From contig JBNJGK010000002.1 of the NCBI GenBank assembly GCA_051747665.1, positions 2,267-49,201 of the forward strand: a stretch of DNA of 46,935 nt. The letters run 5' to 3'. The position numbers and the translations under genes were made by a program. Positions 34,032 through 41,610 of the stretch are shown here, piece by piece. The notes beneath the pieces are model-generated. The model was not told where the DNA came from and searched no databases. It worked only from the letters and a program-made list of their open reading frames with translations. Position 1 is the first letter of the stretch. Every line of letters starts with the position of its first letter. The DNA comes from Bacteroidota bacterium. Lineage in GTDB: Bacteria; Bacteroidota; Bacteroidia; Bacteroidales; JAIPAH01.

Positions 34032-34891
34032 AAACAGCCTATCATCCCGAATCTCTGTCTGAAGCTCTCGAAATAAGAGCAAACGAAAGAGTTAAGCCTA
34101 TAGCCGGAGGCACTGACCTGATGGTGCAGCATCGCAGAGAAGGAGGCATTGCACCAGGATTTAGCGAACCGCTGCTGTTTCTCTATCAGTTGCCGGAATT
34201 AAAAAAAATTACCGCAGATAAAAATATACTAACCATCGGATCAGGCGTTCTCTTAAGCCAACTGACTAATGATACACAAGTGCCGAACCTGCTCAGAGAA
34301 ACAGCGCAACAGATGGCAGCGGTTACCACACGAAACGTTGCCACAATCGGAGGAAACGTTTGCAATGCATCACCTGCTGCTGATATTTTGCCCTGTTTGT
34401 ATCTATTAAATGCAGAACTGGTTTTACAAAGCCTTCGCAATTACAGAATCCTTCCAATACACGAGTTTATAACCGGTCCGGGTACAACGCTGCTTCGGGA
34501 AGATGAACTTCTGGTTGAAATCCGGTTTCCTTTAGATAATTTCGAGGTGGAGAAATACAGAAAAATAGGTACACGCAAAGCAATGGCTTTGTCTAAAATA
34601 TCCTTTGCCGCTGGCGCAAACTTTAAGGATAGCAAGCTAAGCGATATCAGGATGGCGCTGGGAGCTGTGGCTCCGACGGTAGTCCGTTCCTTATCCGCCG
34701 AAAGGCTACTCATCAACAAAACTAAACAGGAAATTGAGAAACAGCTTCCCGAAGTAATGAAAGCGTATGAAAAAGCCATAAACCCAATAGACGACGCGCG
34801 CAGCAATAAAAAATACCGAAAGCAAGTCAGCCTGGAATTAATACAGGATTTTATTGAAAATCAGATTCTAAACCATAAAAAGATATCATAA
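34028..34891 (+). CDS. FAD-binding subunit of the second molybdenum hydroxylase (CoxM/XdhB-like)
   Basis: PIAGGTDLMV and ATIGGNVCNASPAAD. Start is set at ATG 34028 (ATGA overlap with the previous stop) rather than the track's 33959. Confidence 0.88.
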   Translation: MKTAYHPESLSEALEIRANERVKPIAGGTDLMVQHRREGGIAPGFSEPLLFLYQLPELKKITADKNILTIGSGVLLSQLTNDTQVPNLLRETAQQMAAVTTRNVATIGGNVCNASPAADILPCLYLLNAELVLQSLRNYRILPIHEFITGPGTTLLREDELLVEIRFPLDNFEVEKYRKIGTRKAMALSKISFAAGANFKDSKLSDIRMALGAVAPTVVRSLSAERLLINKTKQEIEKQLPEVMKAYEKAINPIDDARSNKKYRKQVSLELIQDFIENQILNHKKIS

Positions 34892-34892
34892 G

Positions 34893-35693
34893 ATGGTTTC
34901 AAAACCGTCAATAAAAGACACGAAAACACAAACAATGAAAATCCTTGAAAAACTTGTTCAGAATGTTCCGGAGATTCCGGTAAATGAGGTGATTGTCGGC
35001 GTATTTACTACGCTGGTAAGAGCAGGTAACTTATATGGAGTTTCCAGTACATTGCGGGGCGAAACACCACATCAAGCCCCCGGGCGGGACAAACCCCTGT
35101 CAGAAATGAACCTACGGGAATTAGCGGAACTGATTCATTCTGAAGAACTCTTACAAGCCTCTGTTGGTCTGGCCGCAATTAATGCGGCAAATGCAACGGA
35201 TAAACACTTCACATCTGTAAAAGCTCAGGAAATCATTCGCCAAAAAGGAAAAGGTAAAGTCGTTGCCGCAGTCGGCCATTTCCCGTTTCTGGAAAAACTC
35301 ACTGAACCTTCGCGGTTGATGATTTTTGAAAAACAGCCTTTGAATGGGGATTTTCATGAAAAGGATATCCGTCGACTATTGCCTGAGGCTGATGTCGTGG
35401 CTATAACAGGCACCACGTTTATCAATCATACTTTTGGAGAGGTGATGAAACATATCAGGCCCGACGCATTCAAAATCGTTTTAGGCCCCTCTACCCCACT
35501 GTCACCTGTTCTTTTCAACTTTGGCATTGATGCGGTTTGCGGAACCCGGGTAACAGATTTTGAGGTGATGAGGCAATGCGTGCTGGAGGCAACGCCTGTA
35601 AGGCAAACTCAGGGAAAAGACTTCGTTTGCCGGATGCGTAAAGATTATGAAAATCAGCAAAAATCAGTTATAGAAATTTCAGAAAGCAACTAA
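34893..35693 (+). CDS. DUF4213/DUF364 ('putative heavy-metal chelation') domain protein
   Basis: The N-terminal VIVGVFTTLVRAGNLYGVSSTL is DUF4213-like. The Rossmann-like part has VVAAVGHFPF...LLPEADVVAITGTTFINHT...IVLGPSTPLSPVLF..GIDAVCGTRV, which is DUF364-like. Assignment is by recall. Confidence 0.72.
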   Translation: MVSKPSIKDTKTQTMKILEKLVQNVPEIPVNEVIVGVFTTLVRAGNLYGVSSTLRGETPHQAPGRDKPLSEMNLRELAELIHSEELLQASVGLAAINAANATDKHFTSVKAQEIIRQKGKGKVVAAVGHFPFLEKLTEPSRLMIFEKQPLNGDFHEKDIRRLLPEADVVAITGTTFINHTFGEVMKHIRPDAFKIVLGPSTPLSPVLFNFGIDAVCGTRVTDFEVMRQCVLEATPVRQTQGKDFVCRMRKDYENQQKSVIEISESN

Positions 35694-35696
35694 AAT

Positions 35697-36506
35697 ATGA
35701 GGGATATTTATAAAAATATTTGGGAAATCACACAAAGCGGTAAACCGGGCGTACTCGTAACGGTCGTTGAAAAAGAAGGTGAAGGCCCTGCCCTGGCCGG
35801 AAATAAAATGCTGGTGTATGAGGATGGCAGCACGGCGGGAACCGTTGGCGGAGGCAACCTGGAATTTTTGGCTGCAAAAAAAGCCAGGAAAATCCTTCAA
35901 ACAGGAAAAAATGCGCTTGAAAGCTTTAATTTGTCTGATGACAAAACAGAAGGCACACCAACCGGCATGGCCTGTGGGGGAAAAGCCACGCTCTTCTTTG
36001 AGTTTCTGGGTCAAACCAGCCGCGTATACCTCTTTGGGGCCGGACATATCGGCAAAGCCCTTTTTGAAATCCTTACAAAAATGGAAGTGGCGGTAACGTT
36101 AGTGGATGACCGCGCTGAGATGATCGAGGAAATAAAAACTCCCGGAGAAAAGCATCATGCTGGTTTTGTGGAATTCATTGAAGAAACGGATTTTCATGCC
36201 ACTCCGCTGTTTGTTTTGGCAACGTATAAGCATCAGCACGACAGCTACATCCTGAATAAAATTTACGAAAAACAAATCCAGACTCCCTACATTGGCATTA
36301 TCGCCTCCAAAAAAACGCGTAAAATGCTGATTCAAAGCCTGCAAGAGACAAATGGTGAGGATACGGACCTGACGCCGGTTTACTCTCCCGCGGGCTTGGA
36401 CATCGGCGGAACCGACCATCCGTGGGAAATTGCCCTGTCAGTTGCAGCGGAAATACAAACCCTTCGATACAACAAAAATGCAAATCATTTAAAAGACAAA
36501 AAATAA
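35697..36506 (+). CDS. XdhC/CoxF-family molybdenum hydroxylase maturation factor
   Basis: The N-terminal VLVTVVEKEGEGPALAGNKMLV..DGSTAGTVGGGNLE matches the XdhC_CoxI domain. Rossmann motif VYLFGAGHIGKAL. Confidence 0.85.
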   Translation: MRDIYKNIWEITQSGKPGVLVTVVEKEGEGPALAGNKMLVYEDGSTAGTVGGGNLEFLAAKKARKILQTGKNALESFNLSDDKTEGTPTGMACGGKATLFFEFLGQTSRVYLFGAGHIGKALFEILTKMEVAVTLVDDRAEMIEEIKTPGEKHHAGFVEFIEETDFHATPLFVLATYKHQHDSYILNKIYEKQIQTPYIGIIASKKTRKMLIQSLQETNGEDTDLTPVYSPAGLDIGGTDHPWEIALSVAAEIQTLRYNKNANHLKDKK

Positions 36507-36516
36507 CATACAATTC

Positions 36517-37965
36517 ATGATAGACCTGACAATCAACGAAAATCAAAGAAAGCAAAATGCTGAAATCTGCCACGAGCGCAATATCATTGTGCCCACTTTC
36601 GCAGAAATGAAAAACCCGGATCTGATTCCGGATCATATCAAAAAGGAATTAAATAATGTTGGCTTGTGGGACATTGACCCGCGAAACCTGTTCCGCATAA
36701 CCTGGAAAAATGAGCCTGCACATCATGGCGGAGGCTATTCAGGAGTGAACTATATGGAGCTGCCTCCGGAACTCACCGGAGTGAATGCCCGTATCATTGC
36801 GCTTGTAGGAAAATGGTTTCCAACAGGCGCCCACAAAGTAGGCGCTACGTTTGGCTGCCTGGCGCCACGGCTGATAACAGGTCAGTTTAACCCGAAAAAA
36901 CACAAAGCCGTATGGCCCTCTACAGGAAATTATTGCCGGGGCGGCGCTTACGATGCCGCGCTGCTGGCATGTGAATCCGTTGCCATATTACCTGAAGGAA
37001 TGTCAAAAGAGCGTTTCGAGTGGCTGGCCAATGTAGCCGGAGAAGTCATAGCCACACCCGGCTGCGAAAGCAATGTAAAAGAAATCTTTGACAAATGCTG
37101 GGAATTAAAAAAGACTCGCAGTGACGTAATGATTTTCAATCAGTTTGATGAATTCGGAAACCACTTATGGCATTATGACGTGACCGGAAATGCGATGCTG
37201 GAAGTGCTGCAAAAAGAATTAGGAGATGACCACCACTATTCCGGTGTAGTATTAACTTCTGGATCCTCAGGAACAATGGGTTGCGGCGACTTTCTGAAGG
37301 AAAAATATCCGGCATCAAAAATAGCCGTGGGTGAAGCGCTACAGTGCCCTACCCTACTGCAAAACGGTTTTGGCGGACATCGCATCGAAGGCATCGGCGA
37401 TAAACACGTTCCGTGGATTCATAACGTTCGAAACACAGATATGGTGGTTGCTGTTGACGATGATTCTACTATGCGCACCGTTCGCTTGTTTAACGAAGCG
37501 CAAGGAAAAGAATACCTCGCCAGGCAAGGGGTTCATCAAAAACTAATTGATAACCTGGATTTATTGGGTATTTCCTCTGTTGGCAACCTGCTTTCAGCTA
37601 TCAAATATGCCAAGTATTATGAATTGACGGAAAAGGATGTTGTGATGACGGTCTTTACCGATTCAATGGAGCTGTATGATTCTAGAATGCAGGAGATGGA
37701 AAAGGAGCACGGCCCTTACAATACGATAGATGCCGCTAAGGATTTTGATCACCTTCAAAACCTGACCATCGATCATACGCTGGAGCTGACGCATTATGAG
37801 AAGAAACGCATCCACAACCTGAAATACTACACCTGGATAGAGCAGCAGGGAAGACAACTCGAAGAGCTGAACCGGCAATGGTACGACCATTATGAATACT
37901 GGGACGAAATCCACCGCCTGGTTCCGAAAATTGACCGGCTAATAAAGGAATTCAATGCATTGTAA
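36517..37965 (+). CDS. Long (482 aa) fold-type-II PLP-dependent enzyme with a helical C-terminal extension
   Basis: Candidate PLP lysine in FPTGAHKVGATFG, STGNYCRGGAY, and the glycine loop TSGSSGTMG. The last ~130 aa are a charged helical tail. No closer family could be recognised. Confidence 0.7.
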   Translation: MIDLTINENQRKQNAEICHERNIIVPTFAEMKNPDLIPDHIKKELNNVGLWDIDPRNLFRITWKNEPAHHGGGYSGVNYMELPPELTGVNARIIALVGKWFPTGAHKVGATFGCLAPRLITGQFNPKKHKAVWPSTGNYCRGGAYDAALLACESVAILPEGMSKERFEWLANVAGEVIATPGCESNVKEIFDKCWELKKTRSDVMIFNQFDEFGNHLWHYDVTGNAMLEVLQKELGDDHHYSGVVLTSGSSGTMGCGDFLKEKYPASKIAVGEALQCPTLLQNGFGGHRIEGIGDKHVPWIHNVRNTDMVVAVDDDSTMRTVRLFNEAQGKEYLARQGVHQKLIDNLDLLGISSVGNLLSAIKYAKYYELTEKDVVMTVFTDSMELYDSRMQEMEKEHGPYNTIDAAKDFDHLQNLTIDHTLELTHYEKKRIHNLKYYTWIEQQGRQLEELNRQWYDHYEYWDEIHRLVPKIDRLIKEFNAL

Positions 37966-38010
37966 ATAACTTACAAACCTAAAAACTTGTAAACTTATTA
38001 AACTGAACTC

Positions 38011-39429
38011 ATGAATCAATCCATACTTATAAAAAACCCAATGCTGTGTGCCAGAATGGATGGCCAACCCGGAAGCAGTAACCTGGCTAATCCATTCTCA
38101 GGTGGGCACGTTTATATTGAAAACGGTGTAATACAGTCAGCAGGACCGCAACCATACAACGGGGATGCAGAGTTAGAAATTGATGCCAGCCGGATGGTTG
38201 TTATTCCCGGGCTCATCAATACGCATCACCATTTTTTTCAAACGCTTACGCGGAATATTTTTAATGTGCAAAACGAAGGCCTTTTTCAGTGGCTCATCAC
38301 ACATTACGAGATATGGCGTGAGATTTCGGAAGAGTCTGTGTATACCGCTGCTCAACTTGCTATGACAGAGCTGATGAAAAGCGGCTGCACTACCACTTCA
38401 GATCATCACTACCTGTTTCCCTCGGCAGCGTCAAATCAGCTTATTGATGCTGAAATAAGAGCCGCTCAGGATTTAGGGATGCGTTTTCAGCCTACCCGCG
38501 GCTCTATGTCGCTCGGAAAGTCAGAAGGTGGATTGCCTCCTGACGACGTGGTGCAAACAGAAGAAAAAATCAAAGCCGATACACTTAGGCTGATTCAGGA
38601 GTATCATGATGACAAACCCGGCGCTATGACCCGCATAGCATTGGGACCATGCTCTCCTTTTTCCGTAACACCTGAGCTGATGAAACAAACGGTGGAGATG
38701 GGTGAGGAATACAATTTACAGATTCATACTCACCTGGCTGAAACACTGGACGAAGAGGCTTTTTGCCTTAAAAACTTTGGCCAAAGACCTTTCGCTTACC
38801 TGAAATCGCTCAACTGGATCCGCAAGAACGCCTGGTTTGCGCATTCCATCCACCTGAATGACGAAGAAATTGCAGAAGCCGGAGCAGCAGGAATTGGCAT
38901 CACGCATTGCCCTTCGTCGAATATGCGCTTAGGCTCCGGCATTGCACGCATCAAAGAAATGCTTCAGGCTGGAGTAAAGGTAAGCCTCGGTGTGGATGGC
39001 TCAGCTTCCAACGACTCCTCCAATATGCTTATGGAACTTCGCATGGCAATGATGCTTTCACGGCTGCGGGAGCAGGATAAGTGGCTAAGTGCAGAAGAAG
39101 CGCTTTACATGGGAACCCGCGGAGGAGCGGAAGCGCTAAACCGTCCGGAGCTTGGGCAAATACGAAAAGGCATGCAAGCTGACCTGGCTTTGATGAACAT
39201 GGATAAAGCCGAATATTCCGGTGCGCTGCACGATCCGCTGGCAGCCTTGATTTTTTCTGTTGGCATGCACCCTTTTGATTGCGTGATTACCAACGGGCGA
39301 CTTACCGTGCATGAAGGAAAAGTGCAGTCTGTTCATGAGCCGGCGCTTATTCGCAGGCACCAGAAAACCTCAGAAAAGATCATCGCAAAAGCAAAACAAA
39401 AAACCAGGCAGGATTATTCCAGAAAATAA
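38011..39429 (+). CDS. Amidohydrolase, 8-oxoguanine deaminase / TRZ-ATZ (COG0402)-like
   Basis: PGLINTHHHFFQTLTR, SGCTTTSDHHYLFP, IHTHLAET, HSIHL and SLGVDGSASND. By recall these are very close to Pseudomonas 8-oxoguanine deaminase motifs. Confidence 0.8.
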   Translation: MNQSILIKNPMLCARMDGQPGSSNLANPFSGGHVYIENGVIQSAGPQPYNGDAELEIDASRMVVIPGLINTHHHFFQTLTRNIFNVQNEGLFQWLITHYEIWREISEESVYTAAQLAMTELMKSGCTTTSDHHYLFPSAASNQLIDAEIRAAQDLGMRFQPTRGSMSLGKSEGGLPPDDVVQTEEKIKADTLRLIQEYHDDKPGAMTRIALGPCSPFSVTPELMKQTVEMGEEYNLQIHTHLAETLDEEAFCLKNFGQRPFAYLKSLNWIRKNAWFAHSIHLNDEEIAEAGAAGIGITHCPSSNMRLGSGIARIKEMLQAGVKVSLGVDGSASNDSSNMLMELRMAMMLSRLREQDKWLSAEEALYMGTRGGAEALNRPELGQIRKGMQADLALMNMDKAEYSGALHDPLAALIFSVGMHPFDCVITNGRLTVHEGKVQSVHEPALIRRHQKTSEKIIAKAKQKTRQDYSRK

Positions 39430-39564
39430 GTGAATTGTTGCAATGCATTAATATTACTAAGGATAATTATCAATCATTTAAGTATTGGATTATTGCGAAT
39501 TATTGGCGAATTAAGCGAAATGAGTTCAACTCTTATTTTCACAGGCTGAGTTGCAGTAAATCAT

Positions 39565-39572
39565 TATTTTTG
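39565..39572 (+). promoter_or_regulatory. Bacteroidota-type -7 promoter box (TAnnTTTG)
   Basis: TATTTTTG is an 8/8 match. It lies only 6-9 nt before ATG 39578/39581, which implies a very short leader or a downstream start. Confidence 0.3.
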
Positions 39573-39577
39573 CAACG

Positions 39578-40222
39578 ATGATGAAGCAACTGCATCCATT
39601 TATAAAAACGCATCTGATTTTTCTGATAGTAGCCTTACCACTGCTGTTTTTTGAGAAAGGAACTTTGGTGTTGTGGTTCAATCAGAATCATACAGCCTTT
39701 ATGGATGTCTTTTTTAAATACATAACCCACCTGGGTAGCGGTTTTATGGCATTGGTTTTCATCCTTGTATTTCTTTCGTTTAGCTATCATAAAACCATCA
39801 TATATGCCGCAGGGCTGTTTCTTAGTGTGTTTGTCATTGAGGGAATCAGCAAAAGATTGCTGTTTAGTCATGTTTTACGGCCGGTTTATCACTATGCGGA
39901 TCAGATTGCATTTAGCTTTATTGAAGGGGCTACCACCCAGGGTATGCAGACATTTCCGTCAGGTCATACCGGCGCCGCTTTCACGCTGATGGCGTTTCTG
40001 GCGTTTATTTTACCTCGGAAATTCAGCATCCCGCTGTTTATTATTGCCCTTTTAGTAGGGGTTTCAAGAATCTATCTGCTGCAACATTTTTTTATGGATG
40101 TTTATGCAGGCAGCATTGTAGGCACCACAATGGTACTCTTGAGCTACTATTTTTTTAACCGGTATACCAACCTTTCTGAAAAAACATCCTGGCAGCGAGG
40201 CTTGTTGTTTTCAGGAAAATAA
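39578..40222 (+). CDS. PAP2-family membrane phosphatase
   Basis: Polytopic protein with PSGHTGAAF and SRIYLLQHFFMD, the C2 and C3 acid-phosphatase motifs. Confidence 0.78.
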   Translation: MMKQLHPFIKTHLIFLIVALPLLFFEKGTLVLWFNQNHTAFMDVFFKYITHLGSGFMALVFILVFLSFSYHKTIIYAAGLFLSVFVIEGISKRLLFSHVLRPVYHYADQIAFSFIEGATTQGMQTFPSGHTGAAFTLMAFLAFILPRKFSIPLFIIALLVGVSRIYLLQHFFMDVYAGSIVGTTMVLLSYYFFNRYTNLSEKTSWQRGLLFSGK

Positions 40223-40346
40223 TTTAAACAGACATTCGATTTTCTGTTTTATTTCCCATTTTTTCAGCAAATTGGCGTTCTAAATTAACGTGCAGGGATT
40301 CTTTTTTCAGAACATATTTACAGCTTGCCTGTTGGTGTAAAAAACT

Positions 40347-40742
40347 ATGTTTATGGACGCACATGCATACCTGACAAAGGCTCAAACCTATTATGAAAAA
40401 GTCGGCGAAGCAAATTTCCGGAAACTTATTAATGACTTTTACAATAACCTGAGCGAGGATCCGCTGTTGCGGGATATGTATCCTAAAAACCTGGAACCCG
40501 CCAAAGAAAGGTTATATATGTTTGTAGTGCAATATTTCGGCGGGCCGCAGGATTACGCAGAAAAGCGTGGCCATCCGAGGTTACGCATGCGCCATGCCCG
40601 TTTTCCGGTTACCGAGGAAGCACGGCAGCATTGGATGAGTCACATGAACAAAGCTCTGGAGAATAATCCGATGGATGAGGAAGCCCGGGAGTTCTTGCGA
40701 GGTTACTTTGCTTATACGGCTGAATTCCTGAAAAACAGATAG
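40347..40742 (+). CDS. Group II truncated haemoglobin (GlbO/YjbI-like)
   Basis: FVVQYFGGPQDYAEKRGHPRLRMRHARFPVT parallels B. subtilis YjbI GGPSLYSEEKGHPMLRARHLPFPIT. Length 131 aa. Confidence 0.8.
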   Translation: MFMDAHAYLTKAQTYYEKVGEANFRKLINDFYNNLSEDPLLRDMYPKNLEPAKERLYMFVVQYFGGPQDYAEKRGHPRLRMRHARFPVTEEARQHWMSHMNKALENNPMDEEAREFLRGYFAYTAEFLKNR

Positions 40743-40807
40743 TTAACAACCATGACGGCATAAAAGAGTTGCATAGCTGTTTGTTTTGTTGTATTTTCGT
40801 GAAAATA

Positions 40808-41239
40808 ATGACAGCCGCGGAAATACTCAAAAGACACCATTTAAATAAAACACATTGTCGTGTTTTGGTTCTCGAACAGCTTATGCATGACAGGAAAGCT
40901 TTCTCGCATAAGGAGCTTGACAACATGCTTCGGCCCCTCTGTAATCGCAGTACGCTTTACAGGATTCTAAATACCTTTGAGCAAAAAAGGCTTATCATAA
41001 AAGTTCCTATGGAAGAAGCGGATAAGTTCTTTTTCAATTCCGCCGCAGCGGAAAGTAAAAACAGAAATAAGTACCAAACCATTTTCTATTGTACCTCTTG
41101 CAGCGATATTTCACTGCTTCGGACTTTCTCAGACACAGAGCTGGAAATTCCGGAAAATTATGAAACAGCAGAACCGCATATTTTACTTCGCGGCACATGC
41201 AACAAATGCAATCAGAAAAAATATAACAAAATCATATGA
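40808..41239 (+). CDS. Fur-family transcriptional regulator
   Basis: Winged-helix region LNKTHCRVLVLEQL...STLYRILNTFEQKRLI and C-terminal Cys pairs CTSC and CNKC. ATG 40808 is preferred over the track's 40769. Confidence 0.7.
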   Translation: MTAAEILKRHHLNKTHCRVLVLEQLMHDRKAFSHKELDNMLRPLCNRSTLYRILNTFEQKRLIIKVPMEEADKFFFNSAAAESKNRNKYQTIFYCTSCSDISLLRTFSDTELEIPENYETAEPHILLRGTCNKCNQKKYNKII

Positions 41240-41601
41240 TAGACACGAAGACCGTACTCTATTTACCCAACTGTGATACCAGCCAGCGTGTGATTAAAGA
41301 AGCCGGTATAGGAAAAGAGTTCACGTTTCGCGATTTAAAAAAGGAACCGCTGAACGAGGAAGAAATCGATGCCCTGGCAGTGCTTGCCGGAAGCTATGAA
41401 GCCCTGTTCAGCCGTAACGCAAAAAAATACCGCGAGCGGAAATTGCAACACGAATATCTAAATGAAAAAGACTACCGCGAATTGCTTCTGGAACATTATA
41501 CGTTCCTGAAACGTCCTGTTATTGTAATTGATGACCAGATTTTTATCGGAGGCAATGAAAAGGTAGTCAACCAACTTATCTATTACCTTGATAACAATTA
41601 A
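41236..41601 (+). CDS. ArsC/Spx/YffB-family thioredoxin-fold protein
   Basis: LYLPNCDTSQRVIKEAG near the N-terminus and FLKRPVIV near the C-terminus. ATGA start/stop overlap with the Fur gene. Confidence 0.7.
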   Translation: MIDTKTVLYLPNCDTSQRVIKEAGIGKEFTFRDLKKEPLNEEEIDALAVLAGSYEALFSRNAKKYRERKLQHEYLNEKDYRELLLEHYTFLKRPVIVIDDQIFIGGNEKVVNQLIYYLDNN

Positions 41602-41610
41602 GGTAGCTTA

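Noticed and set aside
17933-39429. Selenocysteine recoding (in-frame TGA) in the hydroxylase cluster
   Set aside because: All 17 ORFs are continuous at full family length with no split genes. Se in these systems, where present, is a labile cofactor ligand and not Sec. Selenium dependence itself cannot be inferred from this window.
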